DNA from: Pseudodesulfovibrio mercurii
GTDB taxonomy: Bacteria; Desulfobacterota; Desulfovibrionia; Desulfovibrionales; Desulfovibrionaceae
NCBI RefSeq assembly: GCF_000189295.2
Contig: NC_016803.1
Span: forward strand, 2,400,001-2,432,000
DNA length: 32,000 nt
Direction of reading: 5' to 3'
Positions 1 to 10,133 of this stretch are shown here, piece after piece. Numbering within the stretch: the stretch's first letter is position 1; every line of letters starts with the position of its first letter. The notes under the pieces are model-generated. The model searched no databases. It worked only from the letters and a program-made list of their open reading frames with translations, and was not told the origin of the DNA. The translations under genes and the position numbers were made by a program.

Positions 1-1767
1 CACAAGGACGGCGGGACCTTCTGGGCCGAGACCGTGATCAAGCGGCTGCTCGACGACAAGGGCCGCCCGTGCGGGTTCCAGGGCGTGTCCAGGGACGTGA
101 CCATCCGCCGGGAGGCCGGGGAGGCCATCCTGGCCAGCGAGGCCCGCTTCCGCACCCTGTTCGAGGACTCGCCCATCTCCCTGTGGGAGGAGGACCTGAC
201 CAAGCTCAAGTTCTATTTCGACGAGCTCAGGGAGCGGGGCGTCACCGATTTCCGCCGGTTCTTCTACGACAACCCCGAGGGCCTGGCCCGGTGCGCCGCC
301 CTGGTCACCGTGGTGGACGTGAACAAGGCCACCCTGTCCCTGCTCGGGGCGACGAGCAAGGAGGAGCTGTTCGGCAACCTGGACAAGGTCCTGACCGAGT
401 CCTCCATGGCCGCCTTCGCCGAGGAGATGATCCTGCTCGCCTCGGGCGGCCGCGAATACTGCGGCGAGATCACCAACCGCACCCTGGACGGCGAGACCAT
501 CTGGGTCATGGTCCACTTCTTCGTCCCGGACGAGTACAAGGACACCCTGTCCAGGGTCATCGTCTCCCTGCTCGACGTGACCCCCAGGCGGCGGGCCGAA
601 GAGGCCCTCATGGACTCCGAGGAGCGCTACCGCGTGCTGGCCGAAAACTCCCAGGAGGGGGTCATCGTCATGCAGAACGGCACGGCCCGCTACGTCAACG
701 AGTCCATGCTGCGCATCACCGGCTACTCGGCCCGCGAACTCGAGGAGCTGGACTTCACGGACATGGTCCACCCCGGCGACCGGAACGAGCACGCCCCCCA
801 GTTCGCCCGCCTCGACTCCGGGGAGATGAACGAATCGCTCGGTTCCTTCCGCATCCTGACCAGCAGCGGCGGGATCAAGTGGGTGAACATGAGCGTCAAG
901 CCGATCATGTGGGGCGGCCGCGAGGCCCAGATGCTCATCCTGACCAACATCACCCGGTACAAGGCGCTGGAATCCGAACTGCTCATCGCCCACGCCCAGA
1001 TGGAGAACCGGGTGCGCAAGCGGACCGCCGAGCTGTCCAAGGCCAACGTCCGGCTCAAGGCCGAGGCCGAGGAGCGGGGCAAGGCCCAGGAACGCATCCA
1101 GGCCCTGACCCAGCAGCTCATCCGCGTGCAGGAGGACGAGCGCCAGCGCATCTCCCGCGACCTGCACGACAACGTGGCCCAGGACCTGTCGTCCATCATG
1201 CTCAAGATGGAGACCCTGTTCGACGGCCACCCGGACGCGGACCCGGAGCTGGCCCGGCGGGGCGAGGCCGTGGCCAACGTCCTGCGCAACACCATCGCCT
1301 CGGTCCGGGAAATCGCCTACGGCCTGCGCCCCCCGGCCCTGGATCAGCTCGGCCTGGTCCAGGCCCTGACCAACCTGTGCCATGACGCGGGCAGCCGATA
1401 TGGCTTTGACGTTGACTTTTTTTCCACCGGAATCGAGAATATTTCCTTGGACTTCGACGTGGAAATCAACCTCTATCGAATGGTCCAGGAAGCCGTCCGG
1501 AACATCTGCCGCCACGCGGGGGCGACCAAGGCCGTCATCCGCCTGGTCAAGAGCCACCCGGACATCCTCATCCGCATCGAGGACAACGGCCGCGGATTCC
1601 CGGAGGATGGACCGGCCCGGACCGACCCGGGAAAACGCATGGGGTTGCAAAGCATGGAGGAACGAGCCCGCCTCATCGGCGGCTCCCTGGAGATCCAGAC
1701 CCTGACCGGGACCGGAACCCGCATCCTCTTCAAGGTACCGATAGAAAGCGCGAGGAGACATGGCTAG
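1..1767 (+). CDS. PAS-domain sensor histidine kinase, HisKA_3 (NarX/DegS-like) class; 5' end cut by window edge
   Basis: Frame 1 is open from base 1 (HKDGGTFWAET precedes the listed GTG at 34), so the gene starts upstream of the window. It has PAS-like segments, a coiled-coil linker and the H-box ERQRISRDLHDNVAQDLSS typical of HisKA_3. HATPase_c motifs follow (IEDNGRGF, GLQSMEERARLIGGSLEI). Stop TAG at 1765-1767. Confidence 0.9.
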   Translation, partial: HKDGGTFWAETVIKRLLDDKGRPCGFQGVSRDVTIRREAGEAILASEARFRTLFEDSPISLWEEDLTKLKFYFDELRERGVTDFRRFFYDNPEGLARCAALVTVVDVNKATLSLLGATSKEELFGNLDKVLTESSMAAFAEEMILLASGGREYCGEITNRTLDGETIWVMVHFFVPDEYKDTLSRVIVSLLDVTPRRRAEEALMDSEERYRVLAENSQEGVIVMQNGTARYVNESMLRITGYSARELEELDFTDMVHPGDRNEHAPQFARLDSGEMNESLGSFRILTSSGGIKWVNMSVKPIMWGGREAQMLILTNITRYKALESELLIAHAQMENRVRKRTAELSKANVRLKAEAEERGKAQERIQALTQQLIRVQEDERQRISRDLHDNVAQDLSSIMLKMETLFDGHPDADPELARRGEAVANVLRNTIASVREIAYGLRPPALDQLGLVQALTNLCHDAGSRYGFDVDFFSTGIENISLDFDVEINLYRMVQEAVRNICRHAGATKAVIRLVKSHPDILIRIEDNGRGFPEDGPARTDPGKRMGLQSMEERARLIGGSLEIQTLTGTGTRILFKVPIESARRHG

Positions 1768-2449
1768 CATGGGAGCGAACACCTTGGACATCATGATCGT
1801 CGATGACCACCCCCTCTTTCGCGAGGGCCTCAAGACCATCGTCAGCCGGGACGCGAACTTCGCGGTCTGCGCCGAGGCCGGCACCGGCCAGGAGGGGGTC
1901 AACCTGGCCCGGACGCACAAGCCGGACATCGTCCTGGTGGACATCTCCATGCCCGACAAGAGCGGCATCCAGATGATCCGCGAACTCAAGGACGAGCTGC
2001 CCCTGACCCGGTTCGTGATCATCTCCATGCACTCCGAGGCCGACTACATCGTCGAGGCCTTCCGCGCCGGGGCCACCGGCTACATCATCAAGGAATCCGC
2101 CGCCGGACAGCTCCTCAAGGGGCTGAACACCGTGGCCGGCGGCAACCTCTTCCTGGACAGCGCCCTGTCCCAGGAGGTCGTCTTCAAGCTGCTCCAGACC
2201 AAGACCGGCGAGGCCGACGGCCAGGACGACCCCTACGCCACCCTGACCCCGCGCGAGCAGGAGGTCATGCGCATGCTCGCCGAGGGGCTGACAGCCAAGG
2301 CCGTGGCCGAGCAGCTGTTCATCTCCCCCAAGACCGTGGAGAACCACCGCACCAACCTGATGAAGAAGCTCGGCCTCAAGAGCTCCGTGGAGCTCGTCCG
2401 CTACGCCGCCCGCCTCGGCCTCATCGACATCGAGACCTGGGCCATCTAG
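1760..2449 (+). CDS. NarL/FixJ-family response regulator (REC + LuxR/GerE HTH)
   Basis: REC motifs IMIVDDHPLFREGL and DIVLVDISMPDKSG. C-terminal HTH LTPREQEVMRMLAEGLTAKAVAEQLFISPKTVENHRTNLMKKLG. ATG 1760 overlaps the kinase stop (ATGGCTAG); an alternative ATG lies at 1769. Confidence 0.9.
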   Translation: MASMGANTLDIMIVDDHPLFREGLKTIVSRDANFAVCAEAGTGQEGVNLARTHKPDIVLVDISMPDKSGIQMIRELKDELPLTRFVIISMHSEADYIVEAFRAGATGYIIKESAAGQLLKGLNTVAGGNLFLDSALSQEVVFKLLQTKTGEADGQDDPYATLTPREQEVMRMLAEGLTAKAVAEQLFISPKTVENHRTNLMKKLGLKSSVELVRYAARLGLIDIETWAI

Positions 2450-2477
2450 ACGGATGGCGGGACCGTTCCGACCGACG

Positions 2478-2520
2478 AAAAAGAGCCCCCGGCAACGTGG
2501 TTGCCGGGGGCTCTTTCGTT
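2478..2520. terminator. Bidirectional intrinsic terminator between convergent genes
   Basis: A 13-bp perfect stem, GAGCCCCCGGCAA (2483-2495) with TTGCCGGGGGCTC (2501-2513), and loop CGTGG. It is flanked by an A-run upstream and TTTCGTT downstream. Confidence 0.8.
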
Positions 2521-2538
2521 ATGGAATCACTGGGGAAA

Positions 2539-2907
2539 CTATTGCGCTTCGATGGTGATCCGCTTGGGCTGGATCTTCTCCACCTTGGGCAGGAACAGTT
2601 CCAGGACGCCGTTTTCCAGGGAGGCCTTGATGCGCTCCCGGTCCACGATGTCGGAGATGGAGATGGCGCGCACGTACTCGCACTCGCCGAACTGCGCCTC
2701 CACGTACTTCTCGCCCGGGGCCGGGCACTGGCTCGAACGGCCCGTGACGGTCAGTTCGTCCTCTTCCAGGTCGATGGACATGTCGCCCTTGCTCACGCCG
2801 GGCATGTCCATGAAGATGTGAAAGCCGTCCTCACGCTCCAGGATGTCCGTGGCCGGACGGAAGCGGCTCAATTCCTTGCCTTCCTCTTTCTTCGCGACTT
2901 CGCTCAT
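2539..2907 (-). CDS. HSP20/alpha-crystallin small heat-shock protein
   Basis: Alpha-crystallin pattern (DILEREDGFHIFMDMPGVSKGDMSIDLEEDELTV, NGVLELFLPK). Start set at MSEVAKKE because AGGAGG lies 5 nt upstream (TAAGGAGGGTGTCATG). The listed ORF start at 2925 falls inside the upstream gene. Confidence 0.9.
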   Translation of the reverse strand: MSEVAKKEEGKELSRFRPATDILEREDGFHIFMDMPGVSKGDMSIDLEEDELTVTGRSSQCPAPGEKYVEAQFGECEYVRAISISDIVDRERIKASLENGVLELFLPKVEKIQPKRITIEAQ

Positions 2908-2917
2908 GACACCCTCC

Positions 2918-3331
2918 TTAGGCAACGTCGATGCTGATCGTGCGCGGCTTGATCTCTTCGGACTTGGGCAGGGTCACGGTCAGGATACCGTCCTTCATGG
3001 AAGCGGTAACCTTCTCCCGGTTGACCGGCACGCCGATGTTGATAACTCTGTGGAAAACGCCACTCGGGCGCTCCTGCCGATAGAATTTGCCTTCCGGGGC
3101 GGTGCGCTCGCCCTTGATGACCAGCGTCTTGTCGGTCAACGTCAGTTCCACGTCTTCGATGGTCACTCCGGGCACTTCCGCGCGGACGTAAATATTCTCG
3201 TCGTCGTTGCTCAGATTGAGCGGGGGGTAAGCCAAACGCCGGTCGTCGCCCATGGGCGATCGCAGCATCTGCTCGAAGACACGGTCCAACCTGGACGGGA
3301 AATTATAGAGCGTATTGAAATCGATAACCAT
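2918..3331 (-). CDS. HSP20/alpha-crystallin small heat-shock protein
   Basis: Motifs NIYVRAEVPGVTIEDVELTLTDKTLVIKGER and DGILTVTLPK. Start set at MVIDF (AAGGAGGTGCCGTTCATG). The listed GTG at 3340 lies inside the SD. Confidence 0.9.
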   Translation of the reverse strand: MVIDFNTLYNFPSRLDRVFEQMLRSPMGDDRRLAYPPLNLSNDDENIYVRAEVPGVTIEDVELTLTDKTLVIKGERTAPEGKFYRQERPSGVFHRVINIGVPVNREKVTASMKDGILTVTLPKSEEIKPRTISIDVA

Positions 3332-3365
3332 GAACGGCACCTCCTTATTCGTTCGTTCGCAATGA

Positions 3366-3393
3366 AGATAGCCACCCTTTTTCGATCGTCAAG
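3366..3393 (-). promoter_or_regulatory. Candidate heat-shock (sigma32-like) or sigma70 promoter of the sHSP operon
   Basis: The minus strand reads CTTGACG-N13-GGCTATCT, compared with my recollection of CTTGAAA-N13-15-CCCCATnT. It can also be read as TTGACG-N16-TATCTT. It lies about 35-60 nt upstream of ATG 3331. Confidence 0.3.
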
Positions 3394-3458
3394 ACCGCCT
3401 GTGGAAAAAAATTCGCGTCGTCTGTTTTCCGCCCGGAACGGACGGCTGGGAGCGGGGC

Positions 3459-4823
3459 CTAGGGGCGGCCCCGGAGGATGTCGCGCAGGATGACCAGCCC
3501 TTCGCGCAGCCGCTCAGGCGATTCCGCGCCGGTCAGGGAGACGCGGGCGGCGCGGGGCGCGGGGCTCTGGCCCACGGTGAACTTCTCGGCCCCGAACACG
3601 CTCACCCCCCGGCCGGCGGCGGCCTGCTCCAGGGCGCGGCCGGTCCACGGCTCCGGGAGTTCGAGCCAGAGGAAGAAGCCCGAGCGCTTGCCCCGGAAGC
3701 GCAGGCCGTCGAGCACGTCGCAGGCGAGCATGTAGCGGCGGGCGGCCTCGGCCCGCTTGGCCTCCACCACGCGGTCGGCGGTGCCGTCGTGAATCCACAT
3801 GGCGGCCAGCTCCACATTGAGGGGCGGGGCCATCCAGACGGTGTTCAGCACGGCCTGGGCCAGGGGCTTGACCAGGTGCTGGGGGGCGACCACAAAGGCC
3901 ACGCGCAGCCCTGCGGCCAGGGACTTGGACATGCCCGCGATGTAGACGCGGCGGTGCGGCGCGCGGTTGCCCACCGGGGCCATGCGGCCGGGGTCCGTCA
4001 GGTCGTAGGCGTCGTCCTCGATGAGGATCAGGTCGTGGCGGTCGGCCAGGCGGGCGATCTCGTTGCGCCGCGCCTCGGACAGGGTGGCGGTGGTGGGATT
4101 GTGCACGCCGGGCATGAGGTAGAGGGCCTTGATCTCGTCCCGGCGGCAGGCCGCGTCCAGGCCCGCCGGGTCCATGCCGTGCTCGTCCATGGGGATGGGC
4201 ACCAGGCGCAGGCCGAGCATGGCGGCCAGGGTCTTGAGGCCGGGGTAGGTCAGCTCGTCCACGGCCAGCCGGTCGCCGGGACGCAGCAGGCCTCCCAGGG
4301 CGCAGGTCAGGGCGTGCTGGGACCCGGCGCAGACCACGACGTCCTCGGCCTGGGCCGGGACCCCGAAGCGCTCGGCCCAGAGCGCGCCCGCCCGCCGATG
4401 TTCGGCCTGGCCGCGCGGGTCGGAGTAACGCAGCAGCGAGGCCGGGTCCCTGCGCCGGGCGATGCGCCGGAAGGCCTCGGTGATCTCCGGGTCCAGGTGG
4501 TCCAGGGGCGCGATGAGCCCGAGTTCGAGCATGCCGGGGGCGCACGGCTCGAAGGAGACCATGGAGGAGTTGGTCACCGCGTCCGAGGTGACGAAGGTTC
4601 CGCGCCCCACCGTGGCCGAGATCAGGCCGCGCTTCTCGGCCTCGCGGTAGCCGCGCGTCACCGTGGACACGTTGACGCCCAGGGCGTCGGCCAGGTCGCG
4701 GTGGGTGGGCAGCCGCTCGCCGGGCGCGAGCGTCCCGGCCTCGATGTCCCGTTCGATGGCGTCCGCCAATTCCACGTACAGGGGGCCCTGGCCCCGGACC
4801 AGTGCGGGTGCGTATATTGTCAT
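3459..4823 (-). CDS. MocR/GabR-type regulator (GntR wHTH fused to fold-type I aminotransferase-like domain)
   Basis: N-terminal wHTH LPTHRDLADALGVNVSTVTRGYREAEKRGLI. The long C-terminal domain has a PLP-lysine context (YIAGMSKSLAAGLRVAF). Start set at MTIYAP (ATG 4823). Confidence 0.85.
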   Translation of the reverse strand: MTIYAPALVRGQGPLYVELADAIERDIEAGTLAPGERLPTHRDLADALGVNVSTVTRGYREAEKRGLISATVGRGTFVTSDAVTNSSMVSFEPCAPGMLELGLIAPLDHLDPEITEAFRRIARRRDPASLLRYSDPRGQAEHRRAGALWAERFGVPAQAEDVVVCAGSQHALTCALGGLLRPGDRLAVDELTYPGLKTLAAMLGLRLVPIPMDEHGMDPAGLDAACRRDEIKALYLMPGVHNPTTATLSEARRNEIARLADRHDLILIEDDAYDLTDPGRMAPVGNRAPHRRVYIAGMSKSLAAGLRVAFVVAPQHLVKPLAQAVLNTVWMAPPLNVELAAMWIHDGTADRVVEAKRAEAARRYMLACDVLDGLRFRGKRSGFFLWLELPEPWTGRALEQAAAGRGVSVFGAEKFTVGQSPAPRAARVSLTGAESPERLREGLVILRDILRGRP

Positions 4824-4839
4824 GCGGACAATATATTCA

Positions 4840-4859
4840 TTGACGCCACACAAAGTCAA
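4840..4859. promoter_or_regulatory. Inverted repeat TTGAC-N10-GTCAA in the MocR/LysE divergent region
   Basis: TTGAC at 4840-4844 and GTCAA at 4855-4859, read directly. They sit in the 107-nt spacer between the two divergent starts. Confidence 0.3.
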
Positions 4860-4930
4860 CCGTAGGCATCGAAGGACGAAAAATCGCAACGGGACCGCCA
4901 GCCTGGGCGGCGGTCCGGGGAGTCATCGCC

Positions 4931-5520
4931 ATGAGCCTGGAAACATACGCCGCCTTCGTCCTCTTCGTCATCGTCATGACCGGCACGCCCGGCGCGGGCA
5001 ACCTGACCATGATGGGCATCGGCCAGACCACGGGCTTCCGGTCCGCCGTCCCCTTCCTCATCGGGACCACGGTGGGCATGGTCTCCCTGAACACCCTGGT
5101 CTGCTTCGGCCTGGGCGGCCTGTTCATGGCCTCTCCCAACCTCGCGCTGGCCATGAAGGTGGTCGGGATGTCCTACATCCTGTATCTCGGCTGGAAGCTG
5201 CTTTCGATGACGCTGTCCGCCCGGACCGTGGACCGGCGGTTCTCCTTTGCCGAGGGGGTCGTCCTGCACCCGCTCAATCCCAAGAGCTGGGCCATGTCCG
5301 TGGTCGGGTTCAGCATGCTGGCCGACCCGGCCGTAGCCCTGTGGCGCGAGGTCGCGGTCTTCGTGCCCACCTTCCTGTTCTTCCAGGTGCTCTTCCACTC
5401 CACCTGGGGGCTGGCCGGGGCCGTGATCCTGCGCACCCTCAAGTCCGGCGGCGTGCTCGTCGCGGTCAACTGCGTGCTCGTGGCCGTCATGGTCGGGGCC
5501 ACGGCCTACGCCCTGTTCAT

Positions 5521-5524
<4 letters not shown>
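4931..5524 (+). CDS. LysE/RhtB-family amino-acid exporter
   Basis: About 197 aa and multi-TM. The N-terminus [25 protein letters not shown] is typical of LysE translocators. It is divergent from a MocR regulator. Confidence 0.8.
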
Positions 5525-6909
<1,385 letters not shown>

Positions 6910-7046
6910 GCGACCTCCGATGTCTGTTTTATTGCCCACCATAGCCCATCCGCCACGCCCGCTCAACAGCGGGGCGCGACAACGCGCGCGTCTCGGGGAC
7001 GGCCGGGGGCGTCCCGACGGGTTCTCGGAAAGGGGCGCGGGGCCCG

Positions 7047-7808
7047 CTATCCCAGCCGCCGGGCGAATTCCGAGACGATGATGGCCCCGGCCTGGGCCAC
7101 GTTGAGGGAGTCGAACTCCCGCAGGAAGGGGATGTGCAGGCTGTGCTGGGCGAACTTGGCCACGCCGGGCCGGATGCCCTTTTCCTCGTTGCCCAGGATG
7201 AGCACGGCCGGGGTTTGCAGGTCGGCGGTGTAGACGTTGTCCGAATCCGGGGCCAGGCGGGCGCAGTACAGGGTGTAGTCGTAGTTGACGCAGTCCTTCA
7301 TGGCGTTGGCCAGGTTGCCGACCTTGGCCACCGGGAGCTTGTTCAGGGCACCGGCCGAGGAGCGCACGGCCCCGGCCCCGATGTAGGCCCCGTGGTGCTG
7401 GCAGACGATGAGGCCCGCGCCGCCCAGGGCGTAAACCGTGCGGGCGAGCACGCCCACGTTGCCGGTGTCCTGGACCTGGTCCAGGGCGACGATGAGCGGC
7501 AGGGGGGCCTGGAGAGCCTCCTCCAGGAGTTGTTCGAGGGGCGTGTAGTCCAGGGCGGCGCAGCGGGCGGCCACGCCCTGGTGGTTGCCCCGGAACATGT
7601 AGTCCAATTCCTTGGCGGAAACAGACTTGTAGGGCACCTGGGCGGTCCGGCAGAGGTCGAGGATTTCCTCCATGGCCTGGTCGCGCCGCCCCTTGCGGAA
7701 GGCGACGAAATCCACCTTTTGTGGAGAATCCAGCAAAAGTTCCTTGACCGGCTTATTACCAACTACGTAGATTTTCGAATCTTTTTTGTCCCGGTCATGT
7801 TCTTGCAT
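7047..7808 (-). CDS. rlmB: SpoU/TrmH-family RNA 2'-O-methyltransferase, RlmB-like
   Basis: An N-terminal substrate-binding segment precedes SpoU motifs ([46 protein letters not shown]). Confidence 0.75.
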   Translation of the reverse strand: MQEHDRDKKDSKIYVVGNKPVKELLLDSPQKVDFVAFRKGRRDQAMEEILDLCRTAQVPYKSVSAKELDYMFRGNHQGVAARCAALDYTPLEQLLEEALQAPLPLIVALDQVQDTGNVGVLARTVYALGGAGLIVCQHHGAYIGAGAVRSSAGALNKLPVAKVGNLANAMKDCVNYDYTLYCARLAPDSDNVYTADLQTPAVLILGNEEKGIRPGVAKFAQHSLHIPFLREFDSLNVAQAGAIIVSEFARRLG

Positions 7809-8011
7809 TATCGCATCCTTATGATAAACACGGAAAAATGTTGCACATGGTTGCCTTCGACAAGGGGGTCTAGTAGGCGTTTATGGCTCCTATTGCAATC
7901 CATGGCAAGGTGGGCTAGCTGGAAGCCTCGCGCATCCGGCACTCATGATTTTTTCTAGACTTTTCAAAGCCGGACTTATCTGATAATGGTGTGCCGAAGT
8001 CGGAGGATCGC

Positions 8012-9664
8012 TTGAGAGTTTTCAACTATGCATATTTACTGGCGGTGGGTCTGCTCATCGCGAGCCTGGCCGCCGGTTGCGCCCCCAAGGCGCCCCAGGA
8101 GACGGCCCCTCCCGTGGAGGAACAGGTCACCGAGAACCTCGTGCCGGAAGACGCCGAGGCCCTCGAGCCCGAGATCGAGGCCGCTCCGGAGGTCACTCCG
8201 GGCGAGGACCTGACCCAGACCGAACAGGCCGTGCTCAACCAGCGCTTCGGCCTGCTGTTCGACCTCGAGTCCCACGAGAACGAGGAGGTCGAGCTCTTCT
8301 TCACCTACTACAACCACAAGGCGCGCAAGACCATGGAGCGCTGGCTGGAACGTTCCCAGCCCTACCTGCCCTACGTGCGCCGCGTGTTCACCAAGTACGG
8401 GCTGCCCCAGGACCTGGTCCTGCTCCCGTTCGTGGAGTCCGGCTACAACGTCCGGGCCTATTCCTGGGCCGGAGCGGGCGGCATGTGGCAGTTCATGCGC
8501 GGCACGGGCAAGCTCTACGGGCTGACGTCCGACTGGTGGATCGACGAGCGCCGCGACCCCTACAAGGCCACGGACGCGGCCGCCCGGCACCTGAGGGACC
8601 TGTACGACAAGTTCGGCGACTGGTACCTGGCCCTGGCCGCGTACAACGCGGGTGAGGGCAAGATCGCCCGGGCCCTGAAACAGGCCAACTGCGACGACTT
8701 CTTCGAACTGACCGAACAGAACCGCAAGCTCTCCCGGCGCAACCGGCTCAAACTGGAAACGCGCCACTACGTGCCCAAGTTCATCGCCATTTCCAAGATC
8801 TTCCAGAACCTCGACACCCTGGGCTTCGAGCCCGTGTCCTGGGACATGGAGTACGAACTGACCGAGGTCAAGGTGCCCGGCGGCACCGACCTCCTCGCCC
8901 TGGCCCGGGCCGGGGGCATGACCTGGTCGGACTTCCACGACCTGAACCCCGCCTTCCGCCGCCAGGTCAGCCCGCCGCACATGGAGGCCACCGCCTACCT
9001 GCCCGCGGACAAGGCGGACAAGATGATCGCCTACCTGGCCCAGCCCGGCGCGCAGCCCTATGCGGGCTACACCCGCCACCGCGTGCGCTCCGGCGACTCC
9101 TGGTGGGTCATCTCCCGGCGCTACAACGTGCCCATCAACGTGCTCAAGAGCGTGAACAACACCCGCTCCAACACCCTGCGCCCCGGCCAGTACGTCATGG
9201 TCCCGGGCAACGGCTCGAGCCGGACCGCCGTGGTCTCTGCGGGCGACTCCCCGTCGGCCTCCCCGGCGTCCTCGGCCTCCTCGTCCACGGCCCAGACCCG
9301 GGCCATCGCCGCCAAGCGCGGCAACTACGTGGTCCGCTCCGGCGACACCCTGTGGTCCATCGCCCAGTCCTTCAACACCACGGTGGCCACCCTCAAGAAG
9401 TCCAACGGATTGCGCTCCAACCGCCTCAAGGTCGGCCAGAAGCTGTACATCCCCAACAGCACGGACGCGGCCACCAAGCAGGCCGTCAAGGACGCCGAAA
9501 AGGTCAAGACCCAGGTGGTCAACTACAAGGTCCGCCGCGGCGACAACCTCTACTCCATCTCCCGCAAGTTCGGCGTCAAGGTCTCCGACCTCTGCCACTG
9601 GAACGCCATCAGCACCAAGACCACCATCTACGCGGGCCAGCAGCTCAAGGTCCACGTCCAGTAA
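8012..9664 (+). CDS. Membrane-bound lytic murein transglycosylase (SLT domain) with three LysM repeats, MltD-like lipoprotein
   Basis: SLT motif VESGYNVRAYSWAGAGGMWQFM. Three LysM repeats (HRVRSGDSWWVISRRYNV, YVVRSGDTLWSIAQSFN, YKVRRGDNLYSISRKFGV). Signal peptide ends LAAGC. Start set at TTG 8012 (GGAGGATCGCTTG); an alternative GTG lies at 7991. Confidence 0.85.
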   Translation: MRVFNYAYLLAVGLLIASLAAGCAPKAPQETAPPVEEQVTENLVPEDAEALEPEIEAAPEVTPGEDLTQTEQAVLNQRFGLLFDLESHENEEVELFFTYYNHKARKTMERWLERSQPYLPYVRRVFTKYGLPQDLVLLPFVESGYNVRAYSWAGAGGMWQFMRGTGKLYGLTSDWWIDERRDPYKATDAAARHLRDLYDKFGDWYLALAAYNAGEGKIARALKQANCDDFFELTEQNRKLSRRNRLKLETRHYVPKFIAISKIFQNLDTLGFEPVSWDMEYELTEVKVPGGTDLLALARAGGMTWSDFHDLNPAFRRQVSPPHMEATAYLPADKADKMIAYLAQPGAQPYAGYTRHRVRSGDSWWVISRRYNVPINVLKSVNNTRSNTLRPGQYVMVPGNGSSRTAVVSAGDSPSASPASSASSSTAQTRAIAAKRGNYVVRSGDTLWSIAQSFNTTVATLKKSNGLRSNRLKVGQKLYIPNSTDAATKQAVKDAEKVKTQVVNYKVRRGDNLYSISRKFGVKVSDLCHWNAISTKTTIYAGQQLKVHVQ

Positions 9665-9683
9665 CCGGTCCTCAACGCACCCC

Positions 9684-9723
9684 AAAAGGTCCCGCTCGGC
9701 TCCGCCGAACGGGACCTTTTTTT
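9684..9723 (+). terminator. Intrinsic terminator of the transglycosylase gene
   Basis: GGTCCCG (9688-9694) pairs with CGGGACC (9710-9716). An inner TCGGC/GCCGA stem extends it, and a run of 7 T follows (9717-9723). Confidence 0.85.
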
Positions 9724-9736
9724 GCCTCCGGCGGCC

Positions 9737-9802
9737 GGGGGAAGGGGAGGAAAACCCTTTGAAAGGTCTTCTCCCTTCCCCGGACCCCCATCCCCTCCTT
9801 TT
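9737..9802. repeat. Homopurine/homopyrimidine tract with hairpin and mirror symmetry
   Basis: GGGGGAAGGGGAGGAAAA (9737-9754) pairs with CTTCTCCCTTCCCC (9768-9781). That pyrimidine tract is mirrored about GGA (9782-9784) by CCCCCATCCCCTCCTTTT (9785-9802). Confidence 0.4.
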
Positions 9803-9841
9803 CCCAAACTTTTTATCGCCGCTCCGCGGGGTGGGCCACAC

Positions 9842-9878
9842 AAAAAAGGCCGCCGACTCAACAAGAGTCGAAGGCCTT
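9842..9878 (-). terminator. Intrinsic terminator oriented for minus-strand transcripts
   Basis: Minus-strand RNA reads AAGGCCUUCGACUC-UUGUU-GAGUCGGCGGCCUU followed by UUUUUUG. That gives 13 of 14 positions paired on the minus strand (one G-U), against 12 of 14 with two mismatches on the plus strand. Confidence 0.7.
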
Positions 9879-9960
9879 CCATTCTCAATCTTTGGAGCGA
9901 TTTGGCTGCGCAGCACCCGACAGCGGCTCTCTCCCCTGCCGCCCTGCCGCCCTCGGAATA

Positions 9961-10133
9961 GGCTTTCGAGAGTGGGTCAGCTGTGCATTTTCTTCCGGCC
10001 GCGACAACCGCAGCGTGCATCATCTCTTAGGCCGAGCTTGCTCGGTCTTAGAGATGACGACAGCAGCGATAGCCCTCTACGTGAGGATTGGCGCGGCCGG
10101 GAAAAATGTGCAGATGGCCCGCTATCGGAAGCC
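9961..10133 (+). ncRNA. Candidate structured RNA (6S-like rod) or transcribed palindromic repeat
   Basis: 9961-10003 pairs with 10092-10133: 34 Watson-Crick pairs, 6 G-U pairs, 2 mismatches and 1 bulge. An apical hairpin at 10021-10056 has a GCUUGC loop. Every G-U pair exists only on the plus strand. No ORF with protein-like composition is present. Confidence 0.4.

Noticed and set aside
7831-7850. Similarity of CGGAAAAATGTTGCACATGG to CGGGAAAAATGTGCAGATGG at 10098-10117 (10-mer GGAAAAATGT identical)
   Set aside because: Similarity ends immediately outside the roughly 20-nt match and no second arm is present at 7.8 kb. It is too short to call a repeat family without a genome-wide search.
7841-7857. 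Sigma54-like element (minus strand GGCAAC-N-TGCAA) upstream of rlmB
   Set aside because: The GG-to-GC spacing is one nucleotide short of the strict -24/-12 spacing, and there is no enhancer-binding protein context.
8036-9916. 626-aa minus-strand ORF opposite the lytic transglycosylase, together with similar long antisense ORFs at 4663-6501, 11157-12938, 26956-28932, 27068-28918, 28979-30829 and 30657-32000
   Set aside because: All are low-complexity and antisense or out of frame to genes with recognisable motifs. Several cross intrinsic terminators.
9628-10023. 131-aa minus-strand ORF in the intergenic region
   Set aside because: It crosses two terminator hairpins and the purine/pyrimidine tract, has a non-protein-like composition, and has no SD.
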